Below are positions 50,961-60,713 of a DNA stretch of 64,000 nt, one piece after another (position 1 is the stretch's first letter; each line of letters begins with the position of its first letter). The translations under genes and the position numbers were made by a program. The stretch is from Acidobacteriota bacterium (lineage in GTDB: Bacteria > Acidobacteriota > UBA6911 > RPQK01 > JADFOI01). The notes beneath the pieces were generated by a model. It did no database searches. It saw nothing but the letters and a program-made list of their open reading frames with translations, and was not told the origin of the DNA. The stretch spans positions 1,984,001 through 2,048,000 of the forward strand of contig OY760074.1 of NCBI GenBank assembly GCA_963663035.1. Direction: 5' to 3'.

Positions 50961-52913
50961 TCAGTGAAGCGTCTCCGCAAGGGCAGGAAGTTGGTCAGCT
51001 CCGGTGGGGACGGTAATTGATGAATCCTTGAACTCATCGCCAATGGGCTCGGATCGCCCTCCCAGGTGCCGGGCCAAAAAGGCCTCGGTAACTGCGTTAA
51101 AGGAAAGCGAGTTCTCCGGGCGAGCGAAGCCATGCCCTTCATCTGGGTACAACAAATAGGTTACCGGGATGCCCTTCTCCTGCATTGCCTTAACGATCTG
51201 ATCCGACTCGGCCTGCTTGACGCGGGGGTCGTTGGCACCCTGAGCTATCAGGAGTGGTCTGGTTATCCGGTCGACATAGGTGAGGGGCGAGCGCTCCTTG
51301 AGAAAGGCTCGGCCCTCCTCAGTCCTGTGGTCACCGACACGGGTCGCCCACAGCTGTTCAAAGGGTTTCCAATAAGGTGGCATCGACTCAAAGCACGTCA
51401 CCAGATTAGAAATACCCACAACGTCGACACCGCAACTGAAAGTTTCCGGGGTCAAGGTCAAACCCACCAGAACTGCATATCCACCATAGCTGCCGCCCAT
51501 AATGCCCACACGCTGGGGATCCGCTATCCCTTCGCCGACGGCCCACTCAACCGCATCCATTAAGTCATCGTGCATCTTGGCACCCCACTCCAGGTTACTG
51601 GCGTTGATGAAATCCTTCCCGAACCCGGTCGATCCCCGAAAATTGACACTGAGGACCGCATAGCCTCGGTTTGCGAGCAGTTGGTGGAATGGGTGATAGC
51701 CCCACTGGTCGCGGCCCCATGGACCACCGTGGACCAGCAGCACCATCGGTAGAGGATCCTCTGGGCGTGTCCTGCCCTGACCGGTGCTCCACACCGGTAG
51801 TGTGAAATAACTCACCAGTTTTAATCCGTCCCGCGATTGAATAACCACCGGATGCATCTTCGCCAGAGGTGCCCCTTCAAGTTCCTGTCGGCTGGTAAAG
51901 AGGAACCTCACCTTTCTCTCATTGCGACTGTAGAGGTAGTAGTGGACTGGGCCGTTGTCCAATAAATAGGAGACTATCCAGTGTCGGTCGTCAAGCGTTC
52001 GGCTGACGACTTCGATGTCGCCCTCAGCGGCGGCGCTTAGATAGTCCAGGTCCTGGGCAATGGAATCATCCAGAACCTGCCATTCTCTGCGCTCATAGTT
52101 AAAAGCAACAGCCTGAATGTTCTTTTCCGTGGGGTGGATTATCACTTGGGCGGCATCCGCTCGCGGGTCCTCGGCCAAGGTGGTCTCATCACCATTCTCA
52201 AGGTTCAACGCAGTCAGTGCAGCGGTATTGCGGCCGCGGCTATCGCGCATGTAGCGGATTTCACCCTCCCTGTCGAAACCGACGTGGGAGGTGGTAAGGA
52301 TATCTTCCGTTTCTATCTTCCTGAAGAGATCCCATCCTCCTTGGGCCGTACGGCTGAGAACTTGAACCCCGCCGTCAGACTCCATGCGCTCAGCAAATCG
52401 GACCTTGTAGTTGTCGTCCGTGAAGAGATTGATAAATCCCTCATTCTCTTGAATGAGAGTCCTCTTGCCGGAATCGATGTTGACACGGTAAAGATCGTGA
52501 AACTCAGGATTCCGGTCGTTCAGTCCCAGGATAAGCTCGTTTGGGAATTTATGGCTGGTCTCCTGGATGAGGGCTTGCACACCCTCGAAAGGAGTCAGGT
52601 CCTTGGTCTGGCCGGTCGCCAGGTCAACGCTGTATATATGCCAATTTTCGTCGCCCCCTTTGTCCTGGGCGTACACGATGTGCTTGTTCGTATAGGCCCA
52701 GCTGTAAGTGCGGATTCCTCTCTTAGTATCGTTGGTGACCGGCTCGGCCGCCGCCGGGTCGTCGCTTGGTGCCACCCAGACATTGAGCACGGCATTGACA
52801 GGTGCAAGAAAGCTTATCCTGGTCCCGTCGGGGCTAAGCCTTGCCATGGTCCTGTCAGGATTACCAAAGAGGGCTCTACGCGGTATCAGTGGTGTCGTCT
52901 CTTGTTTTGTCAC
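50961..52913 (-). CDS. S9-family (prolyl oligopeptidase/acylaminoacyl) peptidase
   Basis: VHGGPW, GGSYGG, NDPRV, DEGHGF catalytic triad; GTGA overlap with the upstream YceI gene. Confidence 0.93.
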   Translation of the reverse strand: MTKQETTPLIPRRALFGNPDRTMARLSPDGTRISFLAPVNAVLNVWVAPSDDPAAAEPVTNDTKRGIRTYSWAYTNKHIVYAQDKGGDENWHIYSVDLATGQTKDLTPFEGVQALIQETSHKFPNELILGLNDRNPEFHDLYRVNIDSGKRTLIQENEGFINLFTDDNYKVRFAERMESDGGVQVLSRTAQGGWDLFRKIETEDILTTSHVGFDREGEIRYMRDSRGRNTAALTALNLENGDETTLAEDPRADAAQVIIHPTEKNIQAVAFNYERREWQVLDDSIAQDLDYLSAAAEGDIEVVSRTLDDRHWIVSYLLDNGPVHYYLYSRNERKVRFLFTSRQELEGAPLAKMHPVVIQSRDGLKLVSYFTLPVWSTGQGRTRPEDPLPMVLLVHGGPWGRDQWGYHPFHQLLANRGYAVLSVNFRGSTGFGKDFINASNLEWGAKMHDDLMDAVEWAVGEGIADPQRVGIMGGSYGGYAVLVGLTLTPETFSCGVDVVGISNLVTCFESMPPYWKPFEQLWATRVGDHRTEEGRAFLKERSPLTYVDRITRPLLIAQGANDPRVKQAESDQIVKAMQEKGIPVTYLLYPDEGHGFARPENSLSFNAVTEAFLARHLGGRSEPIGDEFKDSSITVPTGADQLPALAETLH

Positions 52914-53467
52914 CGTTCATCTTCGCGAAGTGCTTCTACATCGATGGTAATCAGGACATCTTTTCCCACCACAACGCCCCCTTTTTCCATTTCTCCGTTC
53001 CAAGTCATTCCAAAGTCGTTGCGATCAATTGTGGTCTTTCCCACAAACCCAGCGCGAGTCTTAGGCCCCTTGTCCTCTCCATCCACCCAGAATGGAGTCT
53101 CCCATTGTCCTAAGTAATTCACCTCCAGGGTCACCCTTTGGGAAACGCCGCGAATAATCAGGTCACCCGTGACTCGAAATTCATTCTTGCCAATGAGTTC
53201 GTTTGCGTTCCCCTTAAACGTGATCATGGGATGGTTTTCCACATCCAGAAAGTCCGAGCCGCGCAGGCTACTATCTCTATTGGTGTCTCCCGACCAAAGT
53301 TCTCCTGTATTAATGCTCACTTCGACGGAAGAACTGCCCGGATTTTCGGGATCAAATTCGATGGTGCCGTGGATATTCTTCAAGTGTCCACGCACCCAGG
53401 TCACCATCATGTGTCGCACACAGAACTCTGCTGCGGTGTGTCCAGGCTCAAAGGTCCATTTCGCCAT
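52910..53467 (-). CDS. YceI-family protein
   Basis: FCVRHMMVTWVRG, DFLDVENHPxITF, IDRNDFG, IDVEA. Confidence 0.92.
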   Translation of the reverse strand: MAKWTFEPGHTAAEFCVRHMMVTWVRGHLKNIHGTIEFDPENPGSSSVEVSINTGELWSGDTNRDSSLRGSDFLDVENHPMITFKGNANELIGKNEFRVTGDLIIRGVSQRVTLEVNYLGQWETPFWVDGEDKGPKTRAGFVGKTTIDRNDFGMTWNGEMEKGGVVVGKDVLITIDVEALREDER

Positions 53468-53495
53468 GCAAACTCTCCTTTCTGAACTCTCCTAG

Positions 53496-53703
53496 CTCGC
53501 ATTATGCATAGGTTTTCGTAGCGAAGTGGCGCAAGCGCCGCAATGACAAGGCGTGTGAGGGGTACCCGCTAGCGGGTCGCGCCCCGCAGACGTACTCTTG
53601 CAGTACGTCGAGGAGCGCAAGGGGTACCCGCTTTGCGGGTCGCACAACGCCGTCAGCGCGGATGATTGCGACACTGTAGCAGAAAATTTATGCATAATGC
53701 GGG
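53496..53703 (+). mobile_element. 208-bp MITE copy 3 (diverged, with an extra internal module)
   Basis: TIRs CTCGCATTATGCATA and TATGCATAATGCGGG; flanks CTAG and CAAG; internal GGGGTACCCGCT..GCGGGTCGC hairpin present twice. Confidence 0.82.
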
Positions 53704-53712
53704 CAAGGATAC

Positions 53713-54696
53713 TCAATCTTCAGCGCTCGAACTTTTGCGCTCGAATCGCCGGACGTTGAGAACTCCGTTCCAGGGGGCAATAGCGATGGAAACGTCTCCG
53801 AAGCATTTGGCCTGGCAGGCGAGACGAATGGGGGGATGAGTCTCCTGGTCGGAGCTGCCAAAGTCGTAGCCGAAGTACTTCAGGCGTCCCTGCTCGAAGT
53901 CACTGATGGGCGACAACTTCTCCTTCCCGCTAAGAACACCAATCCAGCAGGTTCCACAGTTCCCCACACGACACTGGAAGGGAACCGGTCCCTCACTACG
54001 CCGCGAATCGATCGATTGATAGTCTCTTTGATCTCTCCCAGCCGCCATGGAAATATCCTGCCCGTGGATGGCCTGGAAACGAGACGCTTTGTCATGTTCG
54101 TCAAAGATAACCCTGTATTTGGAGTCAACACTGTGCAAAAAGCGATAAATCCGGCCCCTCTTTCTGGAACGGGCTCTCAAGACCTTTTCGGGAGTGGCTA
54201 TTCTCTTACCGGTCTGGAGGGAAGTTGCGGCAAACACGGTTGGGCCGACCTGTCGTAGGGCCATCAAGGCCACGGCTGTCATTCCGATGAGATGAGACTC
54301 AGGAACCTGAAGAGAATCGGCCAGCTTTTTTGCCATGTCACGGATCTGATCGGCTAAGCTACCGTCACTGGATCTCCAGCTCTTCGCATGGGAGGAGACA
54401 GCCGCTTGAACCTCAAGCCAGTATCGAGAGCCAAAGAGAAAACCAAGGGAGGACTGGAGCTGATCCTCCAGCAGGTAGCGTCCCCTCATTTCCAGCCTCT
54501 GTGCAGTCTGGTCGAGGTTCTCAGACTCTCGGACGATCCGGTAGAGATGCAGAGGCCAAAAAGCAAACCAAATACGAGTGGCATCCCGGTCGACCGGGTG
54601 AATCAGCGGCAAAAGGAGATCCAGCGCCTCGCTCCAGGCCCTTTCATCGTGCTGAGCAAGAACTGACTCAAAGGTGTTTTGCTGAACAGTGTCCAT
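53713..54696 (-). CDS. Protein with uncharacterised helical N-terminus and C-terminal 2Fe-2S ferredoxin domain
   Basis: CRVGNCGTC...RLACQ. Confidence 0.85.
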   Translation of the reverse strand: MDTVQQNTFESVLAQHDERAWSEALDLLLPLIHPVDRDATRIWFAFWPLHLYRIVRESENLDQTAQRLEMRGRYLLEDQLQSSLGFLFGSRYWLEVQAAVSSHAKSWRSSDGSLADQIRDMAKKLADSLQVPESHLIGMTAVALMALRQVGPTVFAATSLQTGKRIATPEKVLRARSRKRGRIYRFLHSVDSKYRVIFDEHDKASRFQAIHGQDISMAAGRDQRDYQSIDSRRSEGPVPFQCRVGNCGTCWIGVLSGKEKLSPISDFEQGRLKYFGYDFGSSDQETHPPIRLACQAKCFGDVSIAIAPWNGVLNVRRFERKSSSAED

Positions 54697-55067
54697 GATT
54701 CTTACCAGAGGTTCTACCGCCTGATCGTGCTCACCCCATCGAATCGATGAAAGAGGTCGCAGAGGGTCGACGGCCCGCTTAGGATAGCACGCAAATTCAA
54801 AGTTGGCTGGAAGGGACAGAAGTTGTCACTCATGAGGCCCATCGGGAAATTGAGAGAGGGGTGTTTTTTCCACTTCTCTATTGACGGATGTTTTTTACGG
54901 GTGCTATATTACGGCCATTAGTAAGACCCGTAAGTTCAAGCAAGATGATCTGCGAAAAGTTGTATCCACGTCTGAGGTACATAGTGCACCCATGGACTGC
55001 GACACGTACGCCTCCAAGGCGGAAACGGACTAGTATGAATAAACTCAGTTTAAACAAGGAGGGAGCA

Positions 55068-57065
55068 ATGTTTAACCATCTGAAAGGTTTCTTTCTCACA
55101 TCATCGATCCTGCTGGGAGTGATTTTTCTCAGTTCGACTGCAATGGTGCAGTCACAGCAACTGCCGGAGCTGGTTGCCAGAAATGGCTATGCAGAAACCA
55201 TCTTCATCAACGGCAAGATCGTGAGCATGGATGATAAATCTATCTCATCCGAGCCCGGCACCATTTACGAGGCCCTGGCAGTCAAGCGTGACTCCATCAT
55301 GAAGCTGGGCACCAACGCAGAAATCAGGGCCCTGGCCGGAGACTTCACCACGGTCTATGATCTGGACGGCCGCCTCATGATTCCCGGCATCGTTGAGACT
55401 CACTCGCACATTTATGGTGGGGCGCTTCAATATCTGGATCGCTTCGGCATTAAATATCCTCCCAATGAGGTGACCATCACTCCACAGGCAACACCCGAGC
55501 TAGAGGAAACCCAGGGCATCCTGCGGGATGCCATCCAAGAGGCTGTGAAAGACATGGAACCGGGAACCTGGCTGAGTGTCAGGATAAGAGCCACCCCCGA
55601 ATTTCCTCTGCGACTGGACATGTGGGGGGACACGCGGCGTCTGACCGACCGGAGGACCCTGGATCAGTGGGCTCCCGACAACCCGATAGTCGTCAGACCC
55701 GGCAACCGGGGCTCGATTAACTCCGCGGCTCTCGATATTCTGAACGAGATGCTTCCCGGCTATTCAGACTCCATCCGCGACAGCATGCATATGGACGAAA
55801 TCGGAGAGGACCCGGCCGAGATCGGTTGGGTGGGTAGTCAGGAAATGTCCGTTATCGGCTGGGAGATCTACCTGGACGGCCTCGATCCCAATATCCTGGC
55901 CCAGGCGCTGAAGCTGCGATCAGAGGCTTTTGCTGCGCGCGGCGTGACCACTTTTTCCAGCCGCATCCAGTTCCCCAGGATCATGACCGGTTACGCCCGG
56001 CTAGCCGAAATAGGACAGATGCCGATTCGTTTCAGTGCTCACTACGAGGTCCATCGGATGCCCACCGATCCTATACAGACCCGTCAGCTCTACCGCAGGA
56101 CGGGAGTGCTCCAAGGCATCGGAAACGATTATTTCTGGTTCGACGGGGTCGCATCCGAGCGCTGGGATTCGCACATTCCGGAAGCCTGTCTGGGTGACGA
56201 CGTTGCGGCGCCATCGAGCATCAGTGACCGGGAGACCTGTCCGAAGTCCGGCGACCTGCACTGGGACACTCTGAAGAACGCTGTAAAGACCGGTTGGCGT
56301 CTGAAGGGCATACATTCGGTCGGGAGCGACAGCATGCGGCGGTTCATACAGATGATCGACGAGGCTCGAGAAGAGGCCGGACTGACCGTGGAGCAGATCT
56401 ACAATGAGCACTATGCCGTTGAGCACTGTGACCAGATCGGGAAACTCCCGGAAATCATAGACATGATAAAAAAATACGGCATCATCATCAGCTGTGGTCC
56501 CAATTTAATGGGGACTTTTGAGGCCTTGATCAGGGATTATGGTCCCTACAATGAACCCGAGCACCTCAGGAAGTTCATGATGCCTTTCAAGACGTGGATT
56601 GAGTCGGGTGTCCTGGTAGTGGGCCAGCACTTCGGCGGAAATCCCTCTCCTTTCTACAACCCCTGGCTGGCGGTCAGTCGAACTGTCCGAGATACCATCT
56701 GGGCTCCTGAGGAGAGTATCGACCGCGTTCGGTCTCTGAAGCTGTGGACGAGCTGGGCTTCCCGCTATGTCATGAAAGAAGACAAGCTGGGAACGTTAGA
56801 GGACGGCAAGTGGGCGGATCTACTCATTCTGGACCGCGATTACTTCACCATTCCTCTGAACGATATCCTCAGACTCCAGCCTCTGATGACCATGGTGGGA
56901 GGCCAAGTCATTTCCCTTCATGACAGTCTGGCCGCAGCGTGGAATACACCGCCGGTGGGCGAGCAGTTCAACGTCGACCAGAGCGCGATTGACGAACTCC
57001 TGGAGAGGACAGAGAAAGCTACGCCATGGACAGGCGGGCCTATCGGACCCGGAGCCGGCAACTAA
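55068..57065 (+). CDS. Exported amidohydrolase-3 (YtcJ-like) protein, copy A
   Basis: AAGGAGG RBS, signal peptide, NGKI, PGIVETHSH, GIHSVG, VEHC, GTLEDGKWADL. Confidence 0.85.
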   Translation: MFNHLKGFFLTSSILLGVIFLSSTAMVQSQQLPELVARNGYAETIFINGKIVSMDDKSISSEPGTIYEALAVKRDSIMKLGTNAEIRALAGDFTTVYDLDGRLMIPGIVETHSHIYGGALQYLDRFGIKYPPNEVTITPQATPELEETQGILRDAIQEAVKDMEPGTWLSVRIRATPEFPLRLDMWGDTRRLTDRRTLDQWAPDNPIVVRPGNRGSINSAALDILNEMLPGYSDSIRDSMHMDEIGEDPAEIGWVGSQEMSVIGWEIYLDGLDPNILAQALKLRSEAFAARGVTTFSSRIQFPRIMTGYARLAEIGQMPIRFSAHYEVHRMPTDPIQTRQLYRRTGVLQGIGNDYFWFDGVASERWDSHIPEACLGDDVAAPSSISDRETCPKSGDLHWDTLKNAVKTGWRLKGIHSVGSDSMRRFIQMIDEAREEAGLTVEQIYNEHYAVEHCDQIGKLPEIIDMIKKYGIIISCGPNLMGTFEALIRDYGPYNEPEHLRKFMMPFKTWIESGVLVVGQHFGGNPSPFYNPWLAVSRTVRDTIWAPEESIDRVRSLKLWTSWASRYVMKEDKLGTLEDGKWADLLILDRDYFTIPLNDILRLQPLMTMVGGQVISLHDSLAAAWNTPPVGEQFNVDQSAIDELLERTEKATPWTGGPIGPGAGN

Positions 57066-57094
57066 GCTCGTTCTGGAAATGTGCTAGGACGGAC

Positions 57095-57132
57095 GGTCCC
57101 CCTTGTTTAGGACTTCCCAAACAAGGGGGACC
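57095..57132 (+). terminator. Stem-loop after copy A
   Basis: GGTCCCCCTTGTTT ... AAACAAGGGGGACC; no U-tract, so termination is inferred. Confidence 0.55.
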
Positions 57133-57155
57133 CCAACTGACCTCTTCACTTCACC

Positions 57156-57185
57156 TCTAATGCTGACCCATCTAATGCTGACCCC
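57156..57185. repeat. 15-bp tandem repeat at the duplication junction
   Basis: TCTAATGCTGACCCA followed by TCTAATGCTGACCCC. Confidence 0.8.
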
Positions 57186-57198
57186 AAAGGAGGGAGCA

Positions 57199-59196
57199 AT
57201 GTTTGACTATCTGAAAGGTTTCTTTCTCACATCATCGATCCTGCTGGGAGTGATTTTTCTCAGTTCGACTGCAATGGTGCAGTCACAGCAACTGCCGGAG
57301 CTGGTTGCCAGAAATGGCTATGCAGAAACCATCTTCATCAACGGCAAGATCGTGAGCATGGATGATAAATCTATCTCATCCGAGCCCGGCACCATTTACG
57401 AGGCCCTGGCGGTCAAGCGGGACTCCATCATGAAACTGGGCACCAACGCAGAAATCAGGGCCCTGGCCGGAGACTTCACCACCGTCTATGATCTGGACGG
57501 CCGCCTCATGATTCCCGGCATTATTGAACCTCACTCGCACATTTATGGTGGGGCGCTTCAATATCTGGATCGCTTCGGCATTAAGTATCCTCCCAATGAG
57601 GTGACCATCACTCCACAGGCAACTCCGGAGCTAGAGGAAACCCAGGGCGTCCTGCGGGATGCCATCAAAGAGGCTGTGGCAAACATGAGCCCGGGAACGT
57701 GGTTGAGGGTCAACATGAGAGCCACCCCCGAATTTCCTCTGCGGTTGGACATGTGGGGGGACACGCGGCGTCTGACCGACCGGAGAACCCTGGATCAGTG
57801 GGCTCCCGACAACCCGATAGTCGTAAGACCCGGCAACCGGGGCTCTATTAATTCCGCGGCTCTCGAAATCCTGAACGATTTCCTTCCCGGCTATTCAGAC
57901 TCCATCCGCGACAGCATGCATATGGACGAAATCGGAGAGGATCCGGCCGAGATCGGTTGGGTGGGTAGTCAGGAAATGTCCGTTATCGGCTGGGAGATCT
58001 ACCTGGATGGCCTCGATCCCAATATCCTGGCCCAGGCGCTGAAGCTGCGATCAGAGGCTTTTGCTGCGCGCGGCGTGACCACTTTTTCCAGCCGCATCCA
58101 GTTCCCCAGGATCATGACCGGTTACGCCCGGCTAGCCGAAATAGGACAGATGCCGATTCGTTTCAGTGCTCACTACGAGGTCCATCGGATGCCCACCGAT
58201 CCTATACAGACCCGTCAGCTCTACCGCAGGACGGGAGTGCTCCAAGGCATCGGAAACGATTATTTCTGGTTCGACGGGGTCGCATCCGAGCGCTGGGATT
58301 CGCACATTCCGGAAGCCTGTCTGGGTGACGACGTTGTGGCGCCGTCGAGCATCAGTGACCGGGAGACCTGTCCGAAGTCCGGCGACCTGCACTGGGACAC
58401 ACTGAAGAACGCTATAAAAACCGGTTGGCGCCTCAAGGGTGTCCATTCGGTCGGGAGCGACAGCATGCGGCGTTTCATTCAGATGATCGACGAGGCTCGA
58501 GAAGAAGCCGGGCTGACCGTGGAGCAGATCTACAATGAGCATTATGCCGTTGAGCACTGTGACCAGATCGGGAAACTCCCGGAAATCATGGACATGATAA
58601 AAAAATACGGCATCATCATCAGCTGTGGTCCCGGTTTAATGGGGACTTTTGAGGCCTTGATCAGGGACTATGGTCCCTACAATGATCCCGAGCACCTCAG
58701 GAAGTTCATGATGCCTTTCAAGACGTGGATTGAGTCAGGTATCCAGGTGGTGGGCCAGAGCTTCGGGGGAAATCCCTCTCCTTTCTACCAACCCTGGCTG
58801 GCGGTCAGTAGAACTGTCCGAGATACCATCTGGGCTCCTGAGGAGAGTATCGACCGCGTTCGGGCTCTGAAGCTGTGGACGAGCTGGGCTTCCCGCTATG
58901 TCATGAAGGAAGACAAGCTCGGAACCTTAGAGGACGGCAAGTGGGCGGATCTGCTCATTCTGGACCGCGATTACTTCACCATTCCTCTAAACGATATCCT
59001 CAGACTCCAGCCCCTGATGACCATGGTGGGAGGCAGGGTCATTTCCCTCCACGACAGTCTGGCCGCAGCGTGGAATACACCGCCGGTGGGCGAGCAGTTC
59101 AACGTTGACCACAGCGCGATTGACGAACTTCTGGAGAGGACCGAGAAAGCTACGCCATGGACAGGCGGGCCTATCGGACCCGGAGCCGGCAACTAA
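57199..59196 (+). CDS. Exported amidohydrolase-3 protein, copy B (tandem duplicate, offset 2131 bp)
   Basis: Same length and RBS as copy A; near-identical sequence. Confidence 0.85.
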   Translation: MFDYLKGFFLTSSILLGVIFLSSTAMVQSQQLPELVARNGYAETIFINGKIVSMDDKSISSEPGTIYEALAVKRDSIMKLGTNAEIRALAGDFTTVYDLDGRLMIPGIIEPHSHIYGGALQYLDRFGIKYPPNEVTITPQATPELEETQGVLRDAIKEAVANMSPGTWLRVNMRATPEFPLRLDMWGDTRRLTDRRTLDQWAPDNPIVVRPGNRGSINSAALEILNDFLPGYSDSIRDSMHMDEIGEDPAEIGWVGSQEMSVIGWEIYLDGLDPNILAQALKLRSEAFAARGVTTFSSRIQFPRIMTGYARLAEIGQMPIRFSAHYEVHRMPTDPIQTRQLYRRTGVLQGIGNDYFWFDGVASERWDSHIPEACLGDDVVAPSSISDRETCPKSGDLHWDTLKNAIKTGWRLKGVHSVGSDSMRRFIQMIDEAREEAGLTVEQIYNEHYAVEHCDQIGKLPEIMDMIKKYGIIISCGPGLMGTFEALIRDYGPYNDPEHLRKFMMPFKTWIESGIQVVGQSFGGNPSPFYQPWLAVSRTVRDTIWAPEESIDRVRALKLWTSWASRYVMKEDKLGTLEDGKWADLLILDRDYFTIPLNDILRLQPLMTMVGGRVISLHDSLAAAWNTPPVGEQFNVDHSAIDELLERTEKATPWTGGPIGPGAGN

Positions 59197-59226
59197 GCTC
59201 GTTCTGGAAATGTGCTAGGACGGCTA

Positions 59227-59263
59227 GTCCCCCTTGTTTTGGGAAACCAAAAACAAGGGGGAC
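59227..59263 (+). terminator. Stem-loop after copy B, between convergent genes
   Basis: GTCCCCCTTGTTTT ... AAAACAAGGGGGAC. Confidence 0.55.
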
Positions 59264-59282
59264 CCCACATCAGAAGGCAAGA

Positions 59283-59981
59283 TCAACTGGTTTGAGCCGC
59301 CTCCCCATCACTGGCCTTGGATCCCAGCAAAGCAGCGGCAATTCCACCAAACAGGGTCCCGAACAGCATGGTAAACATGACCCAGAAGGTCATTTGGGGT
59401 AGCACAGCAATCACGATAAACTTGACCAGGAAACCCATCTCTGGGTAGCCGGGAGGGCCCAGCTCGTAGTGGGTTCCCCAGTTGCCCAGCATCGCAATAA
59501 ACATCACAAGCAGCACCGGAATACGGGACGCGTAAGCGTAGCTGAGCATGGTTCGAAAAAACACCGGCCACGCCTTGCGTAGGATCAAGACAGCAACCAG
59601 GGAGGCAACTGCTATTCCTAGCTGTTGACCGATTGCTGCGCCGAAGCTGACACTCACATTGGGATCTCCCGTGAGAAGAAACACCGGTAAGACAATCGCT
59701 ACTGCTGCTAGCAGGCCCAGCCCGGCAGATTTGATGACTTTGCCGGCGCTCTCGGGCCCAAGACCTCCTCGGACCAGCTTCACAGCAAAGTAAACCCCAA
59801 AGATGGGAACCAGCCACACAATGCCGACCAGCGCCCCTCCCCCACCGGCATCGCGGCTGAAGAGAGCCGCCGGTCCGCTTCCTAGCTCACCCACCAAGCG
59901 AACAATCGTGATGGCCAGCGCGATCAATGCCGGAACCATGATCAGCTTTTTAACGTCAAGACCTGAACTGGAAAGTTCCAT
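59283..59981 (-). CDS. Hypothetical multi-pass membrane protein
   Basis: About six hydrophobic segments, WGTHYE motif, AGGAGGT RBS. Confidence 0.8.
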   Translation of the reverse strand: MELSSSGLDVKKLIMVPALIALAITIVRLVGELGSGPAALFSRDAGGGGALVGIVWLVPIFGVYFAVKLVRGGLGPESAGKVIKSAGLGLLAAVAIVLPVFLLTGDPNVSVSFGAAIGQQLGIAVASLVAVLILRKAWPVFFRTMLSYAYASRIPVLLVMFIAMLGNWGTHYELGPPGYPEMGFLVKFIVIAVLPQMTFWVMFTMLFGTLFGGIAAALLGSKASDGEAAQTS

Positions 59982-60151
59982 GGACGACCTCCTTTCAAAG
60001 GATCATTGTTCTGAATGATAAGCAGAACGGGGTTTCAAGGCAATCCTCGGTTGATTCATGGGACAGAGAAAGACTCAGGAGGTCGGAGTGTGATGGCCGT
60101 CACTGCCTTGCTGGTGTGATATCGCTAAAGTAGTCATCAGGAAATTGAACA

Positions 60152-60481
60152 ATGAATCTAGGAAGGAAGTGGAATGTGAAAAATTATCTGAGAGCTGGTT
60201 TATCCCGCACCCTGTTCAGCGCCGGTCTACTGCTGGTCCTGAGCAGCAGCATGGGCTGTTCGTCGAAGATCGTTCGTACAATGACATTTCAAAACGATGA
60301 TACTGTTCAGGTACAGGGCTCAACGGTCAATGTTCGACAATCTGCCACCACCAGTTCACGGGTCATCTCCACTGTGAAACGGGGTGACAAGTTAGAAGTA
60401 ATCGAGAAAACTGGGTCCTGGTATCAGATCAAGACTGCGTCAGGCAGAACCGGCTGGGTGCACGCTAGCTTGGTGAAGTGA
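60152..60481 (+). CDS. SH3-domain lipoprotein
   Basis: SMGC lipobox-like, VNVR, WYQI, GWVHASLV. Confidence 0.85.
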   Translation: MNLGRKWNVKNYLRAGLSRTLFSAGLLLVLSSSMGCSSKIVRTMTFQNDDTVQVQGSTVNVRQSATTSSRVISTVKRGDKLEVIEKTGSWYQIKTASGRTGWVHASLVK

Positions 60482-60514
60482 ATTCCATCCTGATCAGAGA
60501 CTGTCTCAAAACTT

Positions 60515-60589
60515 GTAGTGGCCGTTCTGAGAACGGCTCCGATACCTCTGCAAGGCCGTAATTTTGGCCGCTCATAGAGCGGCCGCTAC
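60515..60589. repeat. Inverted pair of GTAG-type REP-like palindromes
   Basis: GTAGTGGCCGTTCTGAGAACGGC and, on the minus strand, GTAGCGGCCGCTCTATGAGCGGCC. Confidence 0.6.
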
Positions 60590-60713
60590 CCTACCCCGAA
60601 AAAGCTGACCGATCCCCCCGAACATCTTTGACGCCAGACCAATCTGGTGTAGACTCACCCCAAAAGTCTGACTCAAGCTCAGAGCCGGTAAAAAGACTAA
60701 GTTGGGAACCGCC

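Noticed and set aside
53492-53716. 74-aa ORF
   Set aside because: Coincides with MITE copy 3 and has no RBS or protein-like features.
54888-55067. Upstream extensions of amidohydrolase copies A and B
   Set aside because: Duplication similarity and the AAGGAGG RBS both begin just before ATG 55068 and 57199.
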